Notes: generated by a model from the letters alone, not told the origin. 64,000 nt of DNA from Octopus vulgaris (GCA_951406725.2 OX597820.1:116436001-116500000); one strand, 5' to 3'; shown: positions 1-12,706, counted from the first letter of the stretch. Made by a program: numbers and translations.

Positions 1-59
1 TTAAAGGCAAAAAAAAAAGTATGAAAGTACGAATGCCTGAGTGAAAGATTAAAATTAGA

Positions 60-982
60 TAATTTTCTTTATTGGCCACACAGGGCTGAGCACAGAGGGA
101 ATAAATACAAATGTGGAGCTTTTCTTTTCGAAAATGGAAAAGAAAAAGGAAAAACGGGAACAAATGTAAAATTCCGATCAAAGGGGATCGAGGAAACAAA
201 AAGGCGATCAAAAGGGATCGTGTATCACAGAAGGAAATTTTTTAAAAAGTAAGAAACAAGATTAGGTTTATCCGTGGAAAGAAAAGCCTACGGAAAAGAC
301 CATGGTAACCTCAGGCAGGAAAGAAATAAACACATGAGAGCAAAGTGCTCTCTCTCTCTCTCTCTCTCTCTTTTACGATTTACAGGATCATGCTCAAAGT
401 GGTTTCGTCACTCGCACGCACCATCTTTGTTGCATTCACCCACCTTTTTTGAAACTTTCACGAGACAAAACCTGCCTCTCCCTTCTCACCTTTCTTTTCA
501 AGTGGTACTTGAAAAAGTTGATGAGCGATTGGCCAGAGAGGTAGGTGTTTTCTCTAAACCTTTCGCTCGAGTCCACCACACACATTCTTTCACCATGGCC
601 ACAAGTACCATGAAGACTGCCTTGCCTTCCCGGTTGAGGGAAGGTGGCGGAGCAATCTTCATGATAGACTCGGCCGACAGGCGGACTCGTCCCACACGTG
701 ACTGCAGCGGTTCGGCATAAGCCCACAGGTCCGAAATGGATGGACACTGCACGAGTGCGTGCAGAACGGTTTCGTCGCTCTGACCGCATCGCGGGCAAGT
801 CGGTCCGGTGTTCTCGAACCGTGCCTGTAGAGCTTATCCCGAACATGTAATGTTTCTCGATAGCACTGCCGGGCCAGGGATCTTTGGTGATTGTCCATAG
901 GTCCTGGCCCGAAAGTTGTCTTGAACAGGCGGGTCAGGTGTTCCTCGTCGACGCCCAGATTATGCCCGAGAACGTCGTCGCA
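60..982 (-). mobile_element. 3' fragment of Tx1/L1-clade non-LTR retrotransposon (post-RT zinc-binding region plus 3' UTR), degraded
   Basis: Frames give CDDVLGHNLGVDEEHLTRLFKTTFGPGPMDNHQRSLARQCYR...QCPSISDLWAY; homologous to 5780-7032 in the opposite orientation. Confidence 0.8.
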
Positions 983-1400
983 AGATAGAAAGACAGATAG
1001 ATACAGATAATATGTGTGTGTATACAGAGAGAGAGAGAAAGAGAGAGAGAGAAGGGGGAAAAGGGGGAGAGAGGGAGGGAGGAAGAAAGAGAGGGTGGGA
1101 GAGGGAGAGAGAGCGGGAGAGAGAGAGAGGGGAAGGGAGAGTGGCGGAGAGATAACTATATACTTCATAAGTTTTATTATCGCAAAAATTATGAAGAGGA
1201 AGTGAAAGCGCCAGAGCTGAGAAATAATGTCCTTGCAAGTCATGTAAGGAAGAAAATATAAAGAATCGTATAAAACAATACAAGAAGGAGGCTGACGTGA
1301 GAATGTATAAGATTTAGGTTTTAATATTTTAGAAGACATAAAATAACAGAGGTGAAAGGTCAACTATGATAGATAAAGAGGTCAAGTATGATAGACTCAC

Positions 1401-1637
1401 CGACTATTGCCATGTTACCGGTCCATTCGTATTCTAACTTTCTACCGCCGCTTCCTCGACTCTTCGTACCCGTATACTGCACGACACCGCAGCTGGGTAT
1501 TTTTGAGGGACCTTCGATTACCGATTCCACAGAAACTGGTTGATCAGGATAGCCTACTGTGATAGTCGTTTCGTTAGGATAGGCATAACTCTGGCCTTTG
1601 GCTTTCACTGCATCGTTCTCAAAAGTCAAAAAAGAAC
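1401..1637 (-). CDS. Exon K (237 bp): ...IEGPSKIPSCGVVQYTGTKSRGSGGRKLEYEW... probable start of REJ module; gene continues beyond position 1
   Basis: Poly-T acceptor ttttcAG, donor TCG|GTGAGT, phase 1-1; GPxxIxxC...SxGxGGRxLxYxW resembles the start of REJ/PKD-type Ig repeats (recognised by eye). Confidence 0.85.
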
Positions 1638-2009
1638 CTGAAAAAAAAAAAAAAAGAATATTACTGAAGATTTCAAAACAAGAAATTACAATACTTGTGC
1701 CTCTACCAAAATCATTGGCTTCGCCAGTCACCAGTAACTATTTGGCTTGTATTTTCCATATCAACATAACACTGCAAAATAGTATTTTGTGAATATGTTA
1801 GTTTGGGGGCCATTGACATCACCTTCGGTCTCTCTCACTATTCTGACATTTCGTTTTTCTTTATTGTTTTTGTTTCAACAGATTCTATTGGACTCTTGTC
1901 ATCACTTCGACGAATGAGGATTCAGTGGGACACAGCTGCACGGTGTTCTCAGTTCAATGTTTTTGTCATGTCGTTTCATGTGGGAATACAGACCTGTCCA
2001 CGATCTGTG

Positions 2010-2265
2010 GACCCTGCAGTGGTGGTCGCCATCATCTAGGAGGGTTAGATTGGACACAGTTCTACCCTGGTCTCTTTTCTTTTTTAGGCCGCCTCAAAGG
2101 TATGGTAGCAAAGGCTTCTCCATCGGGTTCTATTTAGTGCTTTCGATTCCCATGTCTTCAGGTTTCAAGTAGGTCTTTAAAGTGTCCTCATAACGGAACA
2201 ATGGGCGCCCTTGGTGCCTGGTACCAGAGCAAAGTTGATCACAGAAGTGGGCTTTGGACATTAAA
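2010..2265 (-). mobile_element. RTE-clade LINE 3' remnant
   Basis: Reverse frame QLCSGTRHQGRPLFRYEDTLK matches the RTE C-terminal GxRxxGRPxxRxxD motif. Confidence 0.55.
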
Positions 2266-2711
2266 CTATTGTTAAATGGGAATTAATTGTTATTGCTAGA
2301 GATGTGGTTCGAACAAAGTCAAGGTGTCAACTATCAGCGATGTAATAGTAACAAAGGATAAACATTTTTTTATAACGAACACAGTGGAGGAAAAGCAAAT
2401 TTCCTGTGACCCTAACCTGAAAACCGGGTTCAATTCCTGCTTGAATCTGTTTCTCGTCAGTTGAGCCCGGATTGCTATAAACTAAAACAATTATTTTTGT
2501 TTGTGGTATTCATGGTCAAAGTAACCGGAATCTGTTCCCGTTTCTCATTGGTTCCCGCGCCATGGATGAAAAAGTGTTTATCTTGTCAACACTGGAAGTG
2601 AAAGTATTTTCCTTCGTTGAAAAAGTGAAAGAGTTTTTTTTTCTCCAGAAAATGAAATTAGGAAAGAACGAGTAAGTATTGACAATTAGAGGCCTGCAAA
2701 ATATTGGTTGT

Positions 2712-2960
2712 AGAGTACCGACTGTTGAGTACCGACTGTTGAGTACCGACTGCCGAGTACTGGCTGTCGAGTACTGATTGTATAGTACTGGTTGTAGGGT
2801 ACCGACTGTACCGATAGTAGAGTACCGATAGTAGAGTACTGTCTATACAGTACCGATTGGACTGTAGAATACCGATTGTAGACTACTGTCTGTAGACCAC
2901 TGGTTAAAGAGTACTGGCTGTAGAGTAAAATCCATAGAGTACCGGTTGCAGAGTACTGAT
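2712..2960 (+). repeat. Degenerate ~14-bp minisatellite (gagtaccgactgtt/gta)
   Basis: Visible tandem periodicity. Confidence 0.85.
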
Positions 2961-3420
2961 TAGTTACTATAAAGGATCCAGTATGACAAACGAATGTTGT
3001 TGTACCGAAGTGGGATTATACAAAAAGAAGAAATAAAGGCAATATTCGATTTTTATACACAATTAGACTGATATTTAATCGGATTGATGCGGTTTTGTGC
3101 CTTTCCAACGATGCATTTGAATAATTATTAAAAGCTATTAGATTCATTTATCCCTTTTATTAAAAGAAACAAAACATTCACTTCTTGCCCAATAAAATCC
3201 TTTCATTGTTTTCTTTAAGGAAAACACTTTCGATTTTCGCCCCGGAAAACACTTTCTCCTGCTCCTGTTGCTATTACTTTTTTTCTTTTGTTTGTATTGC
3301 AAAACATCCTTACTTTTCTATTTCAATGAAGCATAACATACGAACACATGCCGTGACAATCAGAAAATTATCAGTAATTATATGGTATAATATAGAAGCA
3401 TTGGTCTTTGGAAATCTTAC

Positions 3421-3591
3421 CTGCCTGTATGAGATCATTTCCTTTGCCTACCGTTATGGTCAATGTCGAATCAGAGTACCAGTTACAAGCAGCTTCGTTA
3501 CCAAGTTGAGTTGTGTTTGTAAAAATTTTGTCACATGTCACGAGTGCAGCAGTGTCAATCGGTCGGTCGAACTTTACCTCAATAACAGCTC
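3421..3591 (-). CDS. Exon J (171 bp): GAVIEVKFDRPIDTAALVTCDKIFTNTTQLGNEAACNWYSDSTLTITVGKGNDLIQA
   Basis: Acceptor gtttgttAG, donor CAG|GTAAGA, phase 1-1. Confidence 0.9.
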
Positions 3592-4798
3592 CTAACAAAC
3601 GAGAAATCAATTATATCAGGATAAACTTTTACATTTAAATAGAAAACAAAAACAATTTGATGTCCATTCTTATTTCTCTAACACTTCTATTTCGTCTTCC
3701 CGTATTCGGGACCACAAAGCTAAGCATCAACTCCGCCTGTGGTCCCTCTTTATTTTCTGATTTACAGATCGGACACAAGCTTCCACATGCCTTTAACTGG
3801 CTGAAGGAGCACACCACCAGGCCATGCATCCATCGACAAGGATTTCTTTTCACTGTTCCTGTGATGGTATATGGGACTCCACGAGTTCAAATCCTGGTAC
3901 AGACATAAGCAACTGTTGCCCTCTAATATCATGTGCTTGTGTTAAAAGCCATCGCTATTGTACACACAGCTGTACCTATTCTACAAAGAATTATTGTTGT
4001 TGTTGTTGATATTGTTGCAGGGATCAGAGAGTGCGATTTGTGGCTAGTCTACATGGCAGGATATGCTTTTGACTTACTATGTGCGAAGATACAACTGTCA
4101 TATCTTCAAAGTTCTTTTTATTGAACAATTTGATGTCCGTTCATATTTCTCTAACATTTCTATTTCGTCTCCCCGTATTCGGGGCTACAAAACTATCTTG
4201 CATATTATAAACCTGAGGAATTTCTCAGTGATTCAAAATGGTAAATATTGTAGAACTGGTAGCATATTTGATATCTTTGGGTTTTTTTAAATAAATTCTA
4301 TAATATTAAATGCATTGTTGATTCTTTATTTTTTACTTATACCTATTTCAGTTATTGAACTGCGGCCAAGATGGGGCATCGCATTGAAGGGTTCAGTTGA
4401 AGAAATCGGTGGTACTTAGTCTATGGGTCTCTTTAAATAAACCAAGGCCGGCTGTCCAGTGGCGGGGGAGCACACAACATACACGCATTCGATGGGCTTC
4501 CACACAGTTTCTCTCTAACGAACTCACAAGGCATTGATCTGCCCGGAGCTATAGCATAAAACTCTTTCCCAAGGTGTCTCGCAGTGGGACTGAACAGGAA
4601 ATCGCGTGGTTGGGAAGTAAGTTTCTTAGCCACACAGCCATGCTTTCGCCTGCATGGTTCAGTATTTTGAGAAAAAAAAAAAGAAGAAAGAAAACCTTAT
4701 TAATTCTGAGGACTGGATACAGACTCTGTATGTTGGGTTTGGTGGCCCTGTGTTACTGCAACATTTAAATATACTTGATATTGTATATTCAGTAGAAA

Positions 4799-5194
4799 TC
4801 TTTATATATAAAAATCAGGTTGTGTGTCTGTCTCCTACGATTTAGATTCCTAACTACTCCCACATTTTGCGGTGCAGTGTAACCAAAAGCGGGTATCTTA
4901 TAGTTGTGATTCATATCGAGCCCTTCTGGGTATTAGCGCGCGTCTACGATGAGTCTACGATTTTAAAATTAATTTACCATCATTTTTTTCCATTTTGATG
5001 CATTTTTTCGCTATTATATAAGGGAAGTAACTCTCTAAAAATGTCTACGATAAGTCAACGATTTAAAAAAAAATTACCATCATTTTTTTTTCCATTTTTA
5101 ATGCATTTTTTGCTATTTTTTGGCTATAACTCTCTAAAATGCTTATATAGTTATTTCCCTTACAAACCCGAGTAACGCCGGGCGATACTGCTAG
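4799..5194 (+). mobile_element. Non-autonomous Helitron
   Basis: A|TC start, CTAG|T end, subterminal hairpin cccgagtaacgccggg, no TSD; internal tandem duplication; paralog at 37836. Confidence 0.85.
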
Positions 5195-5268
5195 TAAACA
5201 AATAAAAGTATTGTTTTTGACATAAAGGTAATTAAATGAGCATTTCATAAATTTAGGAATAATCTTAC

Positions 5269-5457
5269 CAGTAGAACCAAAGTTTGAAGATTGAACTGAC
5301 GGTTCTTTGGCAATAACTGTGACTTCGTACGGACCACCAAAGACATCAATACCGTTGAAAGATAAACCAACTTGAAATTTTTGACTTGATGTAAGTTTAG
5401 GGAGTGGGCAGAGGTCATTCGTTTTGTTGGCAACATGAACGACGACATTGTTTGAAT
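5269..5457 (-). CDS. Exon I (189 bp): DSNNVVVHVANKTNDLCPLPKLTSSQKFQVGLSFNGIDVFGGPYEVTVIAKEPSVQSSNFGST
   Basis: Acceptor tatttttcAG, donor CTG|GTAAGA, phase 1-1; CxxP...VxLSxNG is the C-terminal half of a TIG-like fold. Confidence 0.9.
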
Positions 5458-5779
5458 CTGAAAAATAACAGGAAAAATATAATACAGATAATTAGGTGGA
5501 GAGAGAGGCAGTGGTGTAAGACAAGCAAATATTAAACCAGTTAAAATTTATTTCACTGCAGTTTGCTATGGAGGAAATGTCTCGCTTTAAACAAAAACTG
5601 TAAACACGTCAAAGTCAATTCAAAAGCGCCCCCTATTGACTGGTAGATGCTCCTGGATTTCAGTTGTGATCATCTTCTTGAGTTGTTATAAATTTGTTGC
5701 TACTCCATGTTACATTATTTTTTAATACTTTACCACGAAGCAGATGGTCTCTGACAATTGTCTAGCATATCTCTTCAAT

Positions 5780-7032
5780 GACCTGTGGGTTTGAGATGTT
5801 TTTGCTCAGTCCATTCGGCGCTGCTTGTTTAACGACGCTGATTCGACGCCAATAAGCTGGAACGCATGCTCTTTCGCTTTTTGTGGAGGAGCAGAAGACC
5901 TCTTGTAAGGCGCTCTATCTGCTGCCAAAAGCCGCTGAAGGGTGGGCTAGGGATGCCATGGCCAAAAATGCGCAGACATGCGCTCAGGTTTAGACACCTC
6001 TGGTTTTACCTGGATGGTGAGCAGGTGTGGTCTCCGTTCGTCAAGCTGTTATTTCCACAGTTCACATCGTTTACCAAACTGAACCCATGGATCAAGTGTA
6101 GACCGAGGTTGGGCGTGTGGCATGCAGAGTGCCATCAGGCACTCGTGCTTCTCTCTCAGTCGGGCAACGCCGGTGGCGGGGGTACTACCTCGTTCTTCTA
6201 TAGAGGGTTAGTAGAGTTCAAGTGTGACGATGTCCTGGGAGAAACCTTAGGCTTCGACGAAGATCAACTGGCCAACCTGTTCCAAAGAACATTCGGTCCG
6301 GGGCCTATGGATAATTACCAAAAGTCCCTGACCTGGCAATATTACAGAGGAGCTTTACTGGTTCGAGATAAGCTCTTTAGACATGGGTGTGTGCCTTTGC
6401 AAGATGCGAGCAGGACAGTGAAACTGTCCTGCACGCGATTATGCAATGCCCCAAGGTGACTGAGCTCTGGGCTTATGTCGAACACCTGCTGTCGCATTCG
6501 AGAAGAGTACAACTGTCGAGCGACTCTGTAATTAAGATCGTTCCGCCGACCTCCCTGATTAGGGAGGAGCGAGCCTGTTTTCTCTCGGTAGTTGCTGTTG
6601 TGAAAGACGTAGTATGGAAGACGAGAGTGAAAGGAATTGCAACAGACATGTTCATCTCTAGTCTCGAGCTAATCGACTTTTCCATTTTCCACATGAAACG
6701 GAAAATAAGGCTGGAGAAGAATTGCCTGTAGCAAAGTGTGTGTTTTGTAAAAGATGGAAGTCTATAGCAAGCATGTTGCGAGTGAAAGAACCTGTTTAAA
6801 CGAGTATATAAAAAAGGAGAAAGCAAAGTCCTCAGTGTGAGTATGTGGTTTGTGGGGTCAACCGCGTCCTCCGCTTCATTTTTTGTTAATCACTCATTCT
6901 CATTTAATTGTATATATTTTAATTGTTTGTTTATTCATACGTTTCGTCTCATTCGATACCCTGACCCCAATGTTTGTTTTGTCTATCCTCGTATCGTCCC
7001 CTCTTTTTCTCAACCTCATGGTTAATAAAGAA
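5780..7032 (+). mobile_element. 3' fragment of the same Tx1/L1-clade LINE family
   Basis: ORFs 5866-6459 and 6387-6731: LFRFLW...KGGLGMP, CARCEQDSETVLHAIMQCPKVTELW (CCHC zf-RVT-like); one frameshift; ends aataaagaaa. Confidence 0.85.
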
Positions 7033-7451
7033 ATTGACTTATTTAACCCCAGATGTTTTATTGTTCCTCAAAGTTTGCATCATTCAGTCGGTGACGTCAT
7101 TCATGGATCAGCAGTTACTTATAAGGGTAACGTCTTCTCTCGAGACCACTTGCGCAGCGTATTGCCTTTCCATGTCCTAACGTACACGAACATGCTAAAT
7201 ATTGCTGCATGTAACTACACATGCACGTGCGCACACGCACACACTCACAAATACACACACATATTAATGCTTGTATTTAAATGGAGTTTTATATAAACAC
7301 AATAAAACATTGAACTGGAGAATCATGAGATAGTTTTTAGTTGGTTGTACATTAAATTTTACAAGGAAAAAGCTGATAGCAGCATCAGTCTGATGACGAA
7401 TGGTAAACCGAGGCTTCGGAGTCACTGTTAATCCTTTTCTTGCCCAAATTA

Positions 7452-7750
<299 letters not shown>

Positions 7751-7781
7751 AAATAACGGTGGAGAAATACTTGATACAAAC

Positions 7782-7895
7782 CATAAAAGAGGCATTGCAC
7801 TTGGTCTGTTACGTTGACACTGACAGATAAGGAAAGATCGCTGGGCTGTTTTGTGTCGAGAGTAAGATTCAAAGGACTGACCGAACTTACGATTT
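7782..7895 (-). CDS. Exon H (114 bp): EIVSSVSPLNLTLDTKQPSDLSLSVSVNVTDQVQCLFY (start of IPT/TIG-like domain)
   Basis: Acceptor ttatttctttgcAG, donor ATG|GTTTGT, phase 1-1; VSSVSP...CxF pattern of TIG domains. Confidence 0.85.
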
Positions 7896-7949
7896 CTGCA
7901 AAGAAATAAAATAATAGACAGGATTTTAAGGAAAGTTAATGGATGGGAT

Positions 7950-8327
7950 GGAAGCACTCCGTCGGTTACGACGATGAGGGTTCCGGTTGATCCGAATCAA
8001 CGGAGCAGCCTGCTCGTGAAATTAACGTGTAAGTGGCTGAGCACTCCACAGACACGTGTACCCTTAACGTAGTTCTCGGGGATATTCAGCGTGACACAGA
8101 GAGTGACAAGGCCGGCCCCTTGAAATACAGGTACAACAGAAACAGGAAGTAAGAGAAAGTTGTGGTGAAAGAGTACAGCAGGGATCACCACCATCCCCTG
8201 CCGGAGCCTCGTGGAGCTTTAGGTGTTTTCGCTCAATAAACACTCACAATGCCCGGTCTGGGAATCGAAACCGCGATCCTATGACCGCGAGTCCGCTGCC
8301 CTAACCACTGGGCCATTGTGCCTCCAC
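7950..8327 (-). mobile_element. Family-C tRNA-derived SINE
   Basis: Head tggcccagtggttagggcagcggactcgcgg...ggtttcgattccc; matches 38546, 49188, 27422 and 55376. Confidence 0.9.
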
Positions 8328-10084
8328 AAGCGAGGTGTAGGATTAAAGAATGAAACTAAGTCAGTTTCAACTGTAACGGAGAGTCAGCAAAAAGACAGGG
8401 GCTCCATCATCCCCTCCAAATGAAGACATTTAAGAAATAGGGAAAATGAAACATTCCTTCGTATCAGAGTTTAAAGAAGGCTGCGAGCTGACAGAACAGT
8501 TGGAGCGTCGAAAGCAGTGTTTAACGGTAGTTCGTTTGGCTCTTGCGTTCTGAGTTCAAACTTCGTAAAGATATACTTTGCCTGCCAACGTTGAAGGATC
8601 GATAAAATAAATACCAGTTGAGTTCTGGTTTCGATAACATCAACTTGCCCTTTTTCTAAAAATATTAGCCTTCCAACAAAATTTGAAACCGTTATTTAGA
8701 ATTTGAAGGACGCTTGTTGAAGGAAACAGTACTATCATGAAGTGTTTGACAGAATGTAATTTTGTCCCCGCTATGTTTTGAATTCTAAATTTGTTCCATT
8801 TTGCTTTGCATCATATCATAAAAGCCAACAATTTTAGGGGAGAGGGATAAGTTGATTACATCGACCCCAGTCCACAACTGGTACTTATTTCGCGGATCTC
8901 GAAAGGATGAAAAGCAAAGTCAACCTCGGCGGATTCTGAGCTTAAAGCGTAAATAACCGGAAGAAATACCACTAAGCATTTTGTCCGACACGCTCTACAG
9001 AAATTCATAAGCGCCACCCACGGCGATGCACACGAAATTATTTTGACTTCTTTCATAGTCCTGGGCATCGACAACCATATTATGATTCCTGCAGGATTTC
9101 AAGGTCAATACCACTACGAACGGTAAGGAATTGGATGCTGTGGATACCCTTAGATTGAGGACTGACCAAGAGAAGGCCATACATTTTTCAGCAAAATTTC
9201 GCTCTCCCAGATGGCCTTCACGATCAAGTGACTCATAGAATGCGACCCATGGGTTCTCTTAATATAATCGCTGGACTATTCCGTCTGCAGTGTTGTTGAA
9301 AGAGAAAGAAAACTGCTGATCACATTCGAGCGTCATCCTGCATGTGAGGACAACACGAACAAAAATCTTCTGATCCTGGCATGGCATTGGTTTCTATGAC
9401 CGCAGGGAGACGGTCGTTGAGGCTGAGCACAGGTTTATTGAATAATCTATGTCTTTAGCATATTTTGTTAAGCATGGAAAAGATTTCTCTGAAAACCTAT
9501 CGTTTTCATTTTAACATATTCTGTTTTGATGTCAGTCATTTTGGGGTTGTTAGTATGCGAGCAAGATGGAAAGCTCAGTGCTATGTGAATGAAATCCCTC
9601 GAGGTAATTGCTCTCATCCAATAGCACTCTCCTTCATTACTCTTACTCTTTCAATGCAGGGATCCACTGATAATTGGCCTGTTGAATATCTCTAACGACG
9701 CTATTGTTTAGAAATTGCAATATGATATAAAAGCAAGAACTAAAGTCGGGAAGTTCGTTTTTTCCGTCGCATTCATCGCCATTGTCCGATCTCTGAATTT
9801 ACGGACAACAATAAAATCCCTGCATGCAAATTATCAAAGGATCTGCAAAGATAGTGGTGGAATTAATTTTGCTCGTATGGTAATGTTTATTTGCTAGCTT
9901 AATTAGTTTATTTTTTTAGCTAGCTGGAAATGGCAGCCAAATGTCCTTCACATCACACTTCACGATCTTAGACAGATGGAAAACCTCACTGGATAATGTA
10001 TTTCTAGATTTATACTATGACTGCAAAAGAAAAAGGCGAGATAGTTATGACTTCAACACTTCTGATCACTGATCTGGTCGATCA

Positions 10085-10868
10085 GGCGGCGAGCTGGCAG
10101 AACCGTTAGCACGCCGGGCGAATTGCTTAGCGATATTTCGTCTGCCGCTACGTTCTGAGTTCAAATTCCGCCGAGGTCGACTTTGCCTTTCATCCTTTCG
10201 GGGTCGATAAATTAAGTACCAGTTACGCACTGGGGTCGATATAATCGACTTAATCCGTTTGTCTGTCCTTGTTTGTCCTCTCTGTGTTTAGCCCCTTGTG
10301 GGTAGTAAAGAAATAGGTATTTCGTCTGCCCCTACGTTCTGAGTTCAAATTCCGCCGAGGTCGACTTTGCCTTTCATCCTTTCGGGGTCGATAAAATAAG
10401 TACCAGTTATGCACTGGGGTCGATATAATCGACTTAATCCGTTTGTCTGTCCTTGTTTGTCCTCTCTGTGTTTAGCCCCTTGTGGGTAGTAAAGAAATAG
10501 GTATTTCGTCTGCCGCTACGTTCTGAGTTCAAATTCCGCCGAGGTCGACTTTGCCTTTCATCCTTTCGGGGTCGATAAATTAAGTACCAGTTACGCACTG
10601 GGGTCGATATAATCGACTTAATCCGTTTGTCTGTCCTTGTTTGTCCTCTCTGTGTTTAGCCCCTTGTGGGTAGTAAAGAAATAGGTATTTCGTCTGCCGC
10701 TACGTTCTGAGTTCAAATTCCGCCAAGGTCGACTTTGCCTTACATCCTTTCGGGGTCGATAAATTAAGTACCAATTACGTACTGGGGTCGATATAATCGA
10801 CTTAATCCGTTTGTCTGTCCTTGTTTGTCCCCTCTATGTTTAGCCCCTTGTGGGCAATAAAGAAATAA
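10085..10868 (+). mobile_element. Family-A tRNA-derived SINE tetramer (head plus four 184-bp units)
   Basis: Units start at 10133, 10317, 10501 and 10685; 15-bp TSD gatctggtcgatcag at 10071 and 10869. Confidence 0.9.
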
Positions 10869-12129
10869 GATCTGGTCGATCAGAGTCGATTTGGGGCAAA
10901 ACAATAGGTTGCGCGAGTGGCATGTTCACGTAAGCGTAGAAATGGACATGGTCTGACGACTAAATGAGGAAAATTAAAAAAGAACCTTCAACAGCACGAC
11001 AACAACATTTATAAGCTATTATTATCATTCAGTCTCTCGTGTAAAATACGTAGGCATTCTATAACCTGTTACAGAGGCAATAAGTATGTATCGTTTGTTT
11101 CGGAAAAAAAGAAGGAAGTTGCTAATTTTAGTTAAAGCCTGGTTACTAAGGCAACAAAGCATTTTGTTGTGCATGGTTGATTAATTTTTGCGTAATATGT
11201 CTACATGTTACTAAACATGTTATACTGCAACTAAGGCAAAACGATATTTTTTGAAGACTGTTTGCTTGACTGCAGCGGTAACCACCAACTTCGTAATTAA
11301 GATAGAAATTTCATCGCTGGTTTCCTGTGTTACTACAAAACGTAGTTGCTTCAACAATCACCTCAATTATTATATATAGCAAAACACTAGTATTTCTGTC
11401 TCCGATAGCAGACACTGGCCTTCAGAATGACCGAATATATTCTAGTTCTACTTGGAAAATTGATTTTGCTGCATTGGACATAAACGGATTGATCCTTCCA
11501 ATGTTTTTTTTTTGTTCCTTTTTGAATGACTAATTGTATCAAAGTTTTATTCACGGCAGCGAAAACTTTCTGTGATAACAGATTGTGTTTGATGCAGGCT
11601 TACACAGCAGATCCAAAAGTGTTCCCACATAAAAACATTGCCCTCGGTGGACTTTCTCCTTGCTCACAACCTCGCTAGGCTCCTAGCATGTAATCGTATT
11701 TAGTTGTCAAGTAAATTCGTTCGTTTCCCTACGTTCTACTTCACACTCCATTCTCATACGTCTGGAAAGAGGTAAAAGTTAAAACAATAAACAAAAAGTG
11801 TAGTGGAAGAATAGAGCTACAAAAAATCTTAAAAAAAAAAAAATACGATAAAAATATTTTTTTGAGTTAATATAAATAACATTACGGAGATGTACTTGCA
11901 TAGCAAGTGACCTGATCTGAGATCGTGTGCTGGAACGAAAACAATTACAGCGTGGAAGGTGTTTATAAGCCATTTAAGAAACACACAAAAACTGTTAGAT
12001 TCACTTCAACATATAAATTTAATTTGTCAAAATATTTTCGGCGCTTTGAGACCGCGACCTGATCACTGACAAAATTCCTTGCGGCGTCTAAATAACATTG
12101 GAAAATATTAAAAGAAAGGAAGAGAGAGT

Positions 12130-12179
<50 letters not shown>

Positions 12180-12194
12180 AAGAAAGAGAGAGAG

Positions 12195-12228
<34 letters not shown>

Positions 12229-12291
12229 AAGAAAGAAAAAACGAACTAATTTATCTGACAACCAGTAGAATAATTTCACGACTTGATGCTA

Positions 12292-12706
12292 TTACTCTTT
12301 TTACTCTTTTACTCTTGTACTTGTTTCAGTCATTTGACTGCGGCCATGCTGGAGCACCGCCTTTAGTCGAGCAAATCGACCCCGGGACTTATTCTTTGTA
12401 AGTCCAGTACTTATTCTATCGGACTCTTTTGCCGATCCGCTAAGTGACGGGGACGTAAACACACCAGCATCGATTGTCAAGCAATGCTAGGGGGACAAAC
12501 ACAGACACACAAACACACACACACACATACATATATATATATACATATATACGACAGGCTTCTTTCAGTTTCCGTCTACCAAATCCACTCACAAGGCATT
12601 GGTCGGCCCGGGGCTATAGCAGAAGACACTTGCCCAAGATGCCACGCAGTGGGACTGAACCCGCAACCATGTGGTTGGTTAGCAAGCTACTTACCACACA
12701 GCCACT
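12292..12706 (-). mobile_element. Family-B tRNA-derived SINE with internal (TA)n(TG)n and (GTAAAAGA)n tail
   Basis: Matches copies at 23611, 34290, 41001, 44684, 45284 and 59681; A/B-box-like head and CORE-like cttgggcaagt. Confidence 0.85.

Noticed and set aside
10133-10868. CRISPR-like or retrozyme call for the 184-bp tandem array
   Set aside because: There are no unique spacers, the context is eukaryotic, and I found no CUGANGA/GAAA hammerhead core on either strand of the unit
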